A DNA stretch of 63,490 nucleotides, counting the filler, from Choristocarpus tenellus KU-1152 (lineage: Eukaryota; Protista; Phaeophyceae), in the NCBI GenBank assembly GCA_964200185.2. It is 10 parts of 10 records of this genome, joined end to end, with 100 filler letters (N's around TTAATTAATTAA, not from the genome) between each part and the next. Parts side by side here need not be neighbours in the genome. Positions count along the whole stretch, not along the records: positions 41,892 to 59,715 come from CAXNAD020000624.1; positions 59,816 to 63,490 come from CAXNAD020018579.1; 8 more parts are not named here. One strand, 5' to 3'. Both the position numbers and the translations under genes were made by a program. Position 1 is the first letter of the stretch, and each line of letters starts with the position of its first letter. Under the pieces are notes generated by a model that saw only the letters and a program-made list of their open reading frames with translations, was not told where the DNA came from and searched no databases. Positions 48,442-61,180 of the stretch are shown in pieces.

Positions 48442-50040
48442 TCAAGCAAAGAGATCTTCCGCCTCCTGGATAGCCTGGGCGCGCGTTTCTTCTTTCAAGC
48501 CAGCAATCGTGCTGGCGCGAGGCTTATACTTCCTACAGTTGTACTCTCCGGTGATTCCATTCTTGTTATTCTCCACCATCAATACGCGTCTAGAATCAGA
48601 CCATGCAGTGAGCTGGATCCTGTAGACCTTGAAGTAGGGGTTTTCGATATCAGGATACCTCAGTACCCCGATCTCAATCACGGTTTGCTCATGGTACTCG
48701 TGCTTGCCAAAGAAGGCTTCAAACGAATCCACCGAGGCCCCAGAGCTTGCAACGATTTTGGCCAAGACCTCAATGTCGATTCCAGTTGCCGAGAGGACAT
48801 CATCATCTGCACAATCAGTGGTGGGGTGTCGGGGCCTGCAAAGATGAACGGGTCATCATTGCATTTATGTATCTATACAGTGAATTAGTATCACCACGTG
48901 TTGCAATAATTCAGGTCCTCACGAATGATCTCCCTGGCTTCTCCGTGGTGCAATGAAACTTCAAAATACACAGATCACACTATCATCCTCTGTACGAGTA
49001 TGTGGCCGCCGCAGTGAGATCAGTCAAGGGCGCCAAACAAGTAGATACACCTCTACTTGAAGAGTATATGTAGGGAGGGGTGCCTAAATGCCTATGATAT
49101 CATGCCTCGAACAGAATCAAGGAACACTAAGGAGGGATATAGAGTCAATGCGCATATCTCAAGCAGAGGGGGCAATCTCTAAGGCAGGTAAGGGCTGTAC
49201 TAGATTGGGAACAGACATAATAACATGATGTCGAGCTCCATCTTGAGGACTTGTCTGTCGCCACAAATTAGATAATACTGTTGGGATGTCTTAGGTAACC
49301 TAGTCTCGAATGCTATCCATGGCATGGGAACCAAGACGGAGGAACGAGAGTAGACTTACATTAATGCATAGGCTACTCTAGTAGCTACTCGTAATTCTCA
49401 ACAAAGGTATCATAGGCGAGACAATGATGGACGAAAGGAAGCCACCCTACAACAGTCAGGACAAATATCCTTCCTCATACAGAAAAAACACCTCAGAATC
49501 AGCATGATCGATATACACGGTCTTTCCCCCCTATGTCTGTGCACCTATCTGCAGTAGATTGTCTCTTCGTTAGGCGTATCGCAGTGGTACTTCGAGCATA
49601 CCTTTAATGAAGTCCACGAACCATGACTGAACTTCCTTCACGATGGTGCTGTCTGGGCTTCCGTCGAATTTGAAGGCTGAAGTGCCACCATCTTTGATGA
49701 GCTTGTCTGATCTGCTGATCTCACTTTCATTCATGGGCTCCAACAGGGAGTTTTGGGTTAGGGCACCAATAACGTTCTGCCAAGATTTGTCTTTCAGCTT
49801 TGCGATGAGGCGGGTAGTGCCAGCAATGATGACCTTCAATTCGTCGTCCATGGTCTTCACGCTCTGGCTATTGAGCTGGCCGAACGATGGCGCGAGGGCG
49901 AATACAAGACCTTCCTTTTTCTTCTTGTCGACACTGCTCATCTTGTTGAAGTCGAAGTTCTTCACCAGATCCTTGACGTCTTTCGTGTTGGTTGGTAGGT
50001 CAAAGGCAAGAGCGAGTGATGTGGCGACGGCTGCTGCCAT
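48442..50040 (-). CDS. Two-exon gene, 267-aa conserved-looking hypothetical protein; exons 50040-49602, 48806-48442
   Basis: Phase-1 intron AAAG|gtatgc...gcag|AT. Intact globular protein MAAAVATS...MDDELKVIIAGT...SRSDKLIK...FKFDGSPD...SWF...GVLRYPDIENPYFKVYRIQLTAWS...GITGEYNCRKYKPR...AEDLFA*. Confidence 0.88.
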
Positions 50041-50473
50041 CTTGACTTCAAGGGATGATATTCGATGTACGGACTGCTCCTGGGCTTCAAGTATTTGGCG
50101 ATGAGATATCCCGGTTGGGGTGGGATAGTGTTACTGTGGATACAGGGTGAGGGGGGTCAATGGGGAATCAGTCAGACGAAACTATATTTTTTTCTAATAT
50201 ATCAAAGAAATAATGTAATTTTTCAAATAACACTTGAAACCTCTTGGAACCCTACTCCTCGGCATTTTTTAAAAATGGAATTGGCTTTCAATAGACAACC
50301 AAACTAGCAACTAATCCGAAAAGCTCCTGTTGTCCGTCATCTAACCTTTTCGAAAATCGGGATTGGGGGATAGACGGACCTGTATGTGTATGTGACCTGT
50401 ACGACGTGCGCGCAAAATAATACTTGTATAATATTATTATACCCTCTCACATTTCGAATATATTATTTGTTTT

Positions 50474-52215
50474 TATTATTATGCCCTCTGACATTTTGCA
50501 GATGTGTAGGGGGGAAACCAATGAAAACTATACATATGTCGTTATTAGCCCTAAAGAACTAAAATATTCTAAACGTGAGAACACTATAAAACACTCTAAG
50601 TGTGGAAACCATTAATCAGTTTCTTCACCACTATAAAATATTGTACTGTCTTCCTGTACTTCGCATCTACTATTATTATCATACCCTCGAAGATTTTGGA
50701 CGTGTGAAGGAAAAAACTAAACCAGTATCATAAGGACCCCCTCTAAAAGAAACAGTTGTCGTTAATATAAAGGATACCACTCCAAAACCTATCTACTATG
50801 TGAATGCCAGCTAATACCTCAACACTCCCTTAAAGGCTGGCAATTACAATGATATGTGTAAATTGGTGTAATATTTTTAGCCTAGCTTAGCCGTACACAA
50901 GTGGGCGAGGAGGTAGAGAAGCATCCCAAGAATCTGACAAGCCCATTCTTACCAATCTGCCTGGTGTCTCCAGCCTTATGCAGATGTGTCAGGGGAAAAG
51001 CCAAACATACATATATATATATATATATATATACTCTAGTGGTTTTTATCCTACTACTGACGAAACCGAACCAACACTATTAAAAAAAATGAGTTGGAAA
51101 CACACGAAGACGTCAGAGGATACAATAATATAACGTATCAATATATTATTGTATGATTTGTGGAAATTTTGGAGATGTGTTGGGAAAAACTAAAACCAAA
51201 ACTACATTAGGTACGGCAATACCCGCCTATGATCCAGCGTCTAGGTCAAACATGGAAGGGAATGGGAATCTGTTGCACTGTGAAGCATGGTAGCCCACTC
51301 ACAGTGGCCTGAACTTCCACATAGATGCAATCTTCCATGCTGGGAGACTTTCTTAGCGCTTGGTCAGCTACACGCTGGGATAAAGGTCTCCTCCTAGGTG
51401 TAGTGTTTCCAGAACTGCAAGCAGCCTCCCATCTACCCTACTGATCCAACAGGAATGGCGTAGCTCCTGCTGCAGTTGAGAGGTACAAAAGCACCCCACT
51501 ACAAAGGTTCTTTCGACCCTCATAATCTTAACCTCAACACCTTTACGGTAGAACATTTTAGGTGTCCCACGAAGCAAGCAGAAATATTTTAGATGAGTTG
51601 GGTACACCTCCACATGGGGAGAGGGAGAGGGGCAGGAGACTATAGGAGGAAATAAGCTGTCAATTCCCGCTTTTGATAGCGTCCGTTACTACACCAGTGG
51701 CTCTCTTGAGATTCGTCAGCTTTTAAAGCAAGAGACATCAGACAGATGTGTAAGAGGGGCCTGCCAGATTCTTGGGATGCTTCCCCAGCTCCTCGCCCAC
51801 TTGTGTATGGCTACGCTAGGATAGAGCCATAGCAGCAGTGTACGCATGAATTTGTCATTTCTCCGGTACCAACGTTTAAGGGATTGTTGTAGTATAACTA
51901 GTATTCAAGTAGTAAATTGTCTTTGGGGTGATATCTTTTACATTTACGACAACTGTTACTCTTAGAGGGGCCCTTGTAATATCGATTTGGCTCTTTCCTC
52001 GACACATCTCCAAAGTATCAGATAGCGTAATATTATACTTGAAGTCATATTTGCGTTTTAACCGAACATTAGTATATTGTTAGTTTTCAAATAGTACACA
52101 TTTTTTAGAGGCATGTTTCATTGACAATAACTAATGCTTGTTATATTTGCAGTGTTTAGTGGTACTATAGTTTTTTTCCCCTGATACATGTGCAAAATGT
52201 CAGAGTCCACATTAA
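50474..52215. repeat. Two ~500-bp family-D elements in inverted orientation (50474-50970 and 51732-52215) around a ~760-bp spacer
   Basis: TAGCCGTACACAAGTGGGCGAGGAGGTAGAGAAGCATCCCAAGAATCTG versus CAGATTCTTGGGATGCTTCCCCAGCTCCTCGCCCACTTGTGTATGGCTA, with further colinear inverted blocks out to the hairpin ends. Confidence 0.75.
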
Positions 52216-52219
52216 TATA

Positions 52220-54217
52220 ATTCCTCTGTGCCATAAGTCTGTGCCGCGTTGTCCATAATTTTTGAAGATGATGAAATTCATTTCTGAAAGGAGATTTGGA
52301 ATCCTTGACGAAATTTTGGTTAGGGTCAGCTCAAATGATTATTATTGCTCTCCATCCATCACAATTTTATTAGCCACAGAGAAAGTCTCCATGTTTACCT
52401 TCACCATGTTTTCAAGCTCACCAGGCAACTGCCTCTTACTTACTTACCCCTGTGTGCTTCACACTGAAGTCACCCCCCCCTTTCTATCTAAGTACTTGAT
52501 TGTACACCACAACAAGGAGCTGCCAAGCCCTCTCATGTGTGGTTTCATCATTCTCCTCATACTGTTTCTTAATGACCTTCACCATCTCTTTGACGGACCC
52601 AAACCACTTCCCCTCACCCGGCATTTCAAAGACCTGAAGAAGCACGGGTCCATGATATTGAGGTCGGGGGAGTTAGATGGCTGCGTCACAAGCCTAATCG
52701 ACCTCCCCTTACTCTTTCTTCCCTGCCCCTGACAAGATTTCTGAGTTGCCCTTGCCCGTGTGTGGGGTGGCACCGTCTTGCTGAACGACAACGTGCTTCC
52801 CCTGCAAACCAAGGCATCTTTGTGTTGATTGCAGGCAGAAACTCCTCCGTGTAACACTTCCTGTACCACAAATGGTCTAAAGTACAGTCCTGCTCATACA
52901 AATCCCCCTTTTCATGGTTCTTGCTTGTCCTGTCTGCCATTTTGGCGCACACACACTCCAAACACCAAAGTTTCCATCAAATCTGTGAGCAGAATCTGGG
53001 TGGGCGTTGGCTACAATGATCATGGTCTTGGGGATATGACTCTTGTGCTGCACAGTAGGAGATATGCAAAAGAGAGCTACTCTGATAGAGTATTTTGCTG
53101 TATGTGGTATGAATTTGTTTATTAGCGGAGTGAGCACTATCCTCAAGGTGGGGGGTGGTGCTTTCCCTTGTTCTCTAATTCATTCTTCATCAAATACGTC
53201 AGAAATATGTTTAAACATGTTTGTGACAGTTACACTACGTCAGTCACTTATAAGTTCAAGTTAAACTACGTCAGTCGCTCATAAGTTCAAATTCCATTAC
53301 TTCATTCACTTTTACACTATAAACCATATAGACTACTAGTCTATACTGCATAGGGAACCCTGGAAGGTCGCTATCATCCTCATGCGGAAATACCCTAACC
53401 ATTTCCCCATCAGTCATCATGTAAAACAAGGTTTCAGCCACATGGATCGTGTTCGCCATGGAGGCGTACACACCACGTTTCCGGTCCACTTTATAGCAAA
53501 CAAAGGTCCATTCTCCACACCTTTTGCCACGATTTAAGCTTGGGTTTGATCCAGCGGCGATTCGGCATGGCCTTCATATCATCCAACCACCTCTTTGTGG
53601 TGCTTGAGCTATAATTCAGCCCCTTGGCGGCCATCTTCTTTGTCACGTGACACACTGTGAATGACCGATTATCGGAGTTGATACTATGTATTGCGGCCAT
53701 CTAGGTTGGTGTGAACTCCGAAGGCCGCCCACGATGCGCCGCCAACCCAAGGTCAAGCGTGTGGTCACGGGTGAGCTGATCGGCGACGTCCTCCCAGAGC
53801 CCTCGCATGTAATGCTTGGACACTCCAATCTCCGCTGTGAGGGTCGGCCCAACGTGTCGCGGCAGTTTATTCTCACCAGGGATCATCACAAGGGCGTGCC
53901 GCACTGCAAGTGCAAACCTGGTATTCAGGGACACTTGGGCACCCTTCCTACACGGAGGGGTCGCCGAGGGGGTTGCCGTGCTGACGTTCTGACCCTTGAC
54001 GTGCCCAGTTCTGGCCTCAAAATCACCCCAAAAGACCCCTACTTTGACGACTTGAAGCACCTCGAGTTGGTATCTGATGATCTTCGAATCCCACCTTTTC
54101 TGTGAAAGCTGAGATTGTCAACTCGATTGCATTATTTGGGGTAATCCTCCGATTCAACGCCGTTCTCGCTCGATGAGCTCAGATGTTTCGCGGCACAAAC
54201 TTATGGCACATAGGTAG
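52220..54217 (-). mobile_element. Full-length, inactivated Tc1/mariner element of the plant (DD39D-like) type
   Basis: 29-bp TIRs (ATTCCTCTGTGCCATAAGTCTGTGCCGCG / CGCGGCACAAACTTATGGCACATAGGTAG) with TA on both sides. Frameshifted transposase with IKPKL, IHVAETLFY (HVDExWFY), VQHKSHIPK, FDGNFGVW, VVQQDGATPH and QPSNSPDLNIMDPCFF. Confidence 0.92.
53065..53350. mobile_element. MITE family E nested in the mariner transposase
   Basis: TA|TGCAAAAGAGAGCTA...TAGTCTATACTGCA|TA splits LPG.P / TVQHKSHIPK. Internal ~30-bp tandem duplication at ~53234-53293. Confidence 0.75.
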
Positions 54218-54559
54218 TACGAAGAAAAAGAGGCGAAATGAGAAAAAGAGCAAGAAAAAAAGTGGGGGTAACTACAGAGGATAGCTGAGAGAAACACAGG
54301 AAGGCACAAATTACCAATGCTTGAAAGGAGACATAATTAGCACATATCGCTGGGTCCTAAGGGGAGGAGGGAGAAATAGTAGTGGTAGTGGTAGTGGTAG
54401 TGGTAGTGGTTGTACTAAAGGAAGTAGAGGAACAAATTAAGGGGGACACCGGTTCAGTGTAGTCCAGAAAAGACAACCACTCATCACATGTTTCACGAAG
54501 GAAAGAGAAACACAATAAACGATAAACAAAGTGTTAACAAAGAGACACAATACGAAATC

Positions 54560-55680
54560 AGTATTCAGCAGTCAGTGGTGAATGTGCATGTGCCCTGGTC
54601 TGCTTGGGCTTTGCCCTTGTTGGGGCTTTAGCATGACATACATCAGCTGTATTACACCTGTGAAGCTTCTTGTTTGGACCGTCTACCACAAACTCTTACC
54701 ACCAGTGATGATTTGTTACCCTCCCTTTTCGCACAGATATCTCAATACTCTTGCACCTATTTTTCACGTGTAGGGCATTTTTTTTTATAAGACAATGTGT
54801 GATCGGTGTGTTCACATTTGTGATATCCAATGCAGCAGTCTAGGAGGAGGAACTTAACGTGGTGAGAACGAAGCTTCATGCAGTGGATGAGGAGGAGTGT
54901 TTCTATGTCACATGACTATATATCAGAACCTCAAGCAAATCAGTCTTGTTCGTTCGAATCATAATTTCATTATCAAGAGATGCACTTATGATTCTGTCTC
55001 CAAATCCCTTGACTGTACTAAGACTTGCGGGAACAACATCAAGAGTTTAAAATCCTTTCACTGATGATCTCGGCAATGATAACAACTTGATCAGTGATGG
55101 TGTATCCAAGGTAAATAAAATTTGTTTGTCAGCTTGCTTCTAGTGCTGACCCAAACCATAGATCTGCATAATGTCGGCAGCCTTGTTAGAGGTCCAAAGG
55201 CACATGATATCTGTATTCAAAACATGGTCAGCCCAAATGACCTGGTCACCTTCACAATCATTAGTATCATCCAGGCCGAACCTCACTGGGCCTTAGACAC
55301 AGTGCCTGCATTATCAGCATAGAGCATACCCCGCAGGCGCCGCTCAAGTGTCCCCCCACTCCCTGTTGCTCCTCCTCCTCTGTCCTGGTCACTTGTGACA
55401 GCATTCTTGATTACATCAAGGGTCCTTGGAGATGGTCGTGTCGGTATTGAACTCCTGAACAATATATACAACAGCATTACGGTGAAGAAGTTGTTGAAGA
55501 AGATGGAGGCAAGACGATCACATCATGTGCAAGGCTGACCTTAAACTAGCCTCTTCGCTCTCCATCATCCATGCGGACGCCTGCCCGTATTTCACCTCTA
55601 ATCAGTGGATAAATGAGCGACGTAATTTCTCAGTCATTTCAAACTTGGCAAAAACAGCCCACATATCAGTCAGACGATGA
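54560..55680 (-). mobile_element. Decayed non-LTR (RTE-like) reverse transcriptase remnant
   Basis: IRAGVRMDDGE, RGMLYADNAGTVS (YADD motif), IVKVTRSFGLT; many stops and frameshifts. Confidence 0.75.
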
Positions 55681-58600
55681 GTATGTATGGACGGCGCCCA
55701 ACAAATACGGCAAGAACAATACCTGCAACATTATAAACATCACGATGCAATGTATATGTAAACCTGACTAATATTACAGGGTGAGGTTGTCAGAAGTTTC
55801 GTGTAGTTTCAGAGGGAAAAATGATCAAGATCTTTGCAACATCATCTGGAATTTTTCTAGTTTGGCAACAAAAAGGTATGGTTGGAAATGTAGGGGCAAG
55901 CTGGACCTCTCTAAGTCGTTTGAGATAATCTCTCTCTGAAAACCAAGTATCATCTTCCCCTCTGTCCTTGTGCAATCCCTCTCTAAAACCGGAGAATCAT
56001 CAGGACTTTCAACCCTCCCCCTATTGTCATGTCTACGCCAAGAGTCGAATATTTAGAGATTGGGATCGAGGATTAAGCCGACTTGAAGCTGAAGTCATAA
56101 GCGATCACTTGATTTTGTTCTAAGAAGTAAACACCATACACAGAGCGAGATATTTGCACCTAAGGTCGACCAACTGAAAATAATTTCGATTATAACGAAA
56201 TTGAAAAAATGGATCAAAGTGGGGTTAAAGCCTTGATTACTACTTCCCTTTTCAAACAGTAATGTTAGAGTAGCAAATCATATACTTCGAAGTGTTTTTT
56301 AATATTATGCCCTCTGACATTTTCCAGATTTGTGAGGGGAAAAACCAATAAAATTATTCACATGTCAAAAATATCCCTAAGGAGGTAACAGTTGTCGTCA
56401 GGGTTAAAAACATGAATCTATTTACTACTTTACTACCGGCTATGTTGTATCACTGTCTTCCTGTACCTCCAACCTAGCTTAGTCCTGCAGCCCAGGGTGA
56501 GGAGGTAGGGAAGCATCCCAAGAATGTATCAAGCCCCTCCCAAAGTATCATATTGGCCTCCATGATTTTGCAGACGCTTAAAGAACTAAGTCATTACTAT
56601 TAGAATTGAAGGACTGCCATAAATACAACATTTGTTGTTCGGCTGTAGTAAGACTTGTTTCTCTCTAGAAAATATGTAAAATATGTGAACACTAACAACA
56701 CATCAATGTCCATTCTTAAAAGCCTTGATGCAAAGTAATGTATATACTGTTATTATTCTAAACTACCTTAGTCGTACCAAATTGAGCGAGGAGGTAGGGA
56801 AGTATCCCAAGAATATGTCACACCTGTTGTTGGTGTTTTTACATCGAACCTTTATTGCAAGTATTATACTCTACATTATTTAGAATGTGTTAAATCTTTG
56901 TGTAGTTTTCTTTTTTCCAGGAGGAAGTAGAAATTTTAAAATTTAAGAAGTACATGGTAGTCATTACAAAATCAATCTTCCGAAGTAGTTTTTAAAATGA
57001 GTTGTTGCGGTATAGGATAGAGAGGATAGTGAAATGTGTATGTAAAATCTTTTGTGCTTGCCAAAAGAAAACGCTAGAAACCCAGATGGTTGAAGGGGGT
57101 TCAATCCCGCAAACTTCATGTGGTCCCTGTCACCTTATTTACTCACCCACGACGAATCCATTACAAAAAAATATTTAACCATGTCCGCGCTTTAAAATGA
57201 ATCGACAACAATTTCCTCGAAGGGAAAGGATTGACATATATATAAACGCAGATATTTTTGAAATCGGCTGTTAATAACAGTATCTCAACAAATGTGTGTA
57301 GAAAGATAATAAATCATAAATCAAATGGAAATAAAATAATCGCACTTGTTATTATACCCGAAATTGGAAAAAAGTGAGAAACAAAAACCCTACAAATGAT
57401 GGGATGATACCTAAAACCTTTTCGATAGTGAATTTCATTTTACACAAACAACCTAGCAATGAATGTACATATATCACTCTAACACTAATATCAACGAAAC
57501 CTTAACCTTATCTTTTTTCCTTATCCCGCAAAATTTTAGAAGTGCAAGGGTTTGATATTTTGCTAACAAATTCTGGATAAAGTGGTTATCCACTCATACC
57601 TCATCTCCACCTTCACTCCTCAACAACTGATATCACAAACACTTACTTCATACCACATCTACCTACCTTTTTACCACCCAAACAATTTCTGTGTGTCTAC
57701 TCCCCAAAACAATACTCTCAATTTCCGTGTGTGGTATCCACACACGACACCAATCCTCCCAACAATGCACTCCACCTTCAATACACTCCACATTCCTCTA
57801 CATTATTCTACATCCTTAAACAACTCTCCACATTACTCGACAGCACTGCATGTTATTCGTCCAAGAACACCCTACAAACACTCAAAGCAGTCCACCTCCA
57901 TCCACTCCCATACCGTGCCTTTAAACGAGAAGATATATATGCTCCGCCTGAACTTGACTTCTCCTTTGTGTCGATGTTGTATCTAGTTTCTGGTCACTAC
58001 CGCTTGTCCTAGTTACCCCCAGTTCTTGCTACCTTTCACCATCCCAGTTGACACCTACAATGGGTCCTTCTAGTTTGCCTGACCATACAACATGAAAAAT
58101 AGACCCAGGCCTCCACCCCCCTTCCCTTTATATGACAGGGTTAGGGGCCCCCACATTTATACTCTCGCCTCCCTCCCTCTCTATCCTACTGGATTGTAAG
58201 GTCTATTTTTCTGAATTCAATCCGAGTTCCCCAACCACTCTTTCAGTGCAAGAGCTGCCTGGTTCCTCATGATCACCTTCCCCCTCACTCTGTTCATGCT
58301 CCCCGCCGTTGGTCTCCTAATCCTAGGCCGAGTCCTAATCTATCCCTTTGACACAGGCAACGAGAAAGGAATTGGTATGTACACAACTGGAAATTCGACA
58401 AGGGTTCGTGGGATTATTGGGTTGTAGATATCGTGCCCCCTGTCGTACCAGCTTGATTGAATTTCCTTCCCAGAACAGAAACACGAGACCTCTACACAAC
58501 TAGCCTTCACCACTTTCAGGCACTGACTATCTGGATAAAGATGAGTATCTAGGTCCCATTATACAATGTATATGACTTTCTACTCACTACCTTCAAATAT

Positions 58601-61180
58601 GTTTTAATACTATTAGAGGGTGCAGCTTATCCTTTTTGGATCTCATCCTTAAAAATTGGATGCTTAGCACTTATCCACCTTGTCCCTAGTATGCCCAGCC
58701 AACCCCCTTTCTCGTGTAGCCTGAAGGGTATGCCAGCGACTGAGGAAAAATCCGGGCAGCTTGGACCTCATAGGACATGTAACGAAATAGCAGTTTTCTT
58801 TTCACAACCCATACCCCCTACATGACCTACACCTGCACTAGAACTAGTGTCCAGTACAATATCTGTGGAAGAGAGAAATAGTACAATATGAATATTTCAC
58901 CCACTTTAACTCAGGTTTCGCCATCCCAGGCTACTCTCCAATACAATATCGTCCTATGGTCCATGACTCTGAAGCACTACTTGTGTAGCTAAACTTGGCG
59001 GCTCTACTAGAGACTACAGAGATTTGGTAGAGACTGGCCCATACATTTGTCTTTCCCATGACAATTCCTGCTACAATAAGTCCTTTTGCAGTCCTCATAT
59101 ATTTTACAAGATACAGGGTAGGGTCATTGCCCAAAGTATTTGGGGCTGTAAGTGGTTATACGGTCATCATCAGAATTCTCACTTTGGGCCTAACGTGTTG
59201 TGCTGGGACTTGCGGTCATGAATTATTCTCACCCTGAAGGGTTCCTGAATCATGCCTACCGGTGACCATGTTTGTCCTGTATTCAACCCACACATAAAGT
59301 TTACTTCTTGTGTCTTGAGTCATAAAGAACCACTGTCTGTAACAAACCTTTCCGTTCATTGCAGCAGGGTGTGTGTGCTGGGATTCAACCAGAGGAGTGA
59401 CGTATCCAACGCCTCTTGGACAGTCATATATTACTGCTACTGTCCCTTTGTCCTGACAGGGACGAGTCGCATACATACTTGCTGCAACATATCAGGTGTA
59501 CCCAAACTCCTTGCACGAACAAAACATGCAATCCAAAATGGCCCCCCCTACTAGCCTGCTTGCATGTGTTACTAGTATCAAAACAACAATTACACGCAAC
59601 AACAAAAAACACAAAGACAACCACCACACCACTTCTTCAAGTCCTAGGTTGGAGGATCGCAACCAACCCCACTTGCTTCAGGAAAACACCTCCCCCCCCC
59701 TACCCCCTTGGTCACNNNNNNNNNNNNNNNNNNNNNNNNNNNNNNNNNNNNNNNNNNNNTTAATTAATTAANNNNNNNNNNNNNNNNNNNNNNNNNNNNN
59801 NNNNNNNNNNNNNNNCTCAGGCGGCATGACCATGGGGATCGGGACCGAGATCGCTATGGGGGTGGAAGCAGCAGGGGCTAGGGGGGGGGGGGGGGGTATG
59901 GAAGCAGGTACCCGGTTGGTGGTGGTGGTGGTCGATATTCAGGTGGAGGAGGCCATTATGGGCCCCGTTGACATACTGCTTGTGAGTGGAAGACAGAGTT
60001 GAAGATTATGAGGGACACCAGGATACTCCTGATATTTGCCAGGGCAAGAGAGGTTACGCTATTCAGGAGGGGGTGTGGGGTGGTGGTGGGCACACTGTGT
60101 TGAATATTATCAGTGGCAAGGAGTGTTATGACACGATCCATATTCAAATTGACTTGTGTGGGTAGATGAAGGTATGATGTAGATACAGACAGCGTGGGGA
60201 GGGCTGGTTGGCTGAGGATTGGTTGCTTCTAGTTAGGGCTGAGTTGGTAAGATGCCATGTCCATTCACAGGTGTGTTTGAGTAGTGTTTTTTTTGTGTGA
60301 GGAGAGGGGTGTTGGAGTTGTGTGCTACACTAGGTGCAGTGGATACAGGCATACATGCAGGCAGTTTGCTTGTTGGAGGAACGGGGGCGCAGGGCGAGGG
60401 GAGAAGCATGTATATTTTCAGACATTGTTAAGTTGTACACTTTGAATTTATGTATGGTATATGGACATTGTCTTCAGTACTTCAGTATCATCTGTATTAC
60501 ATGGCTTCATCTGGCTGTTCAAGTCGTCAGTATAGATGGGGTTACACGTGGACATCTGGCTGGCCTGGTGTTAGGGGCTATCTTCCTGAACCTCTCTCTA
60601 AGTTTGAGGAACCATTGCAACATGTGTGTAGTTAGTTGTGGAACGCGCCTTGCCTCTTTACTTTTCTTGGGTAGGTGGATTTATTCTTCCATGATGAGAA
60701 GTGGGAGCGCCTTTGTTTAATACATACAAATGTTCTCTGATGAGTATGATATTAATTTTCTCATGTCACTTGATATATGCTACTTACTCTCCATGCATAG
60801 TCCCACAGTAAGGTAAGTTAAGACTTTCTACTATTGTGTTACTTCAAAATTGATATGTGAGGGATACTGCTCATGCGAAAACGTGTTCTGACTTGGCGAC
60901 TCTGTCTTCACTTGTGTCCTTGTGCATCTGGCTGTGTTAGAAGCAGACTTGGATCCATGCACCCTAACAATGAACAATTTGCTAGTCCATTGAGTTTATG
61001 ATGGCCATGTTACTTCACAGACAGAAGAACACTTTCCGTTATCTTTCCTCTGTTGAAATGAAATGAACCTACTGCAAACCACCTGAGTGTGATGTAAATG
61101 AACAGTTGTATTAGTGAAATTGCCAAGGGCCGTCCATGATTGCCTGTTTGTCCCAGTCAGCCTGGAAGAGTCCCATTCAC

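Noticed and set aside
57060-57115. GGTTCAATCCC B-box suggesting a tRNA gene
   Set aside because: No cloverleaf or convincing A-box could be built; at most a decayed tRNA-derived fragment.
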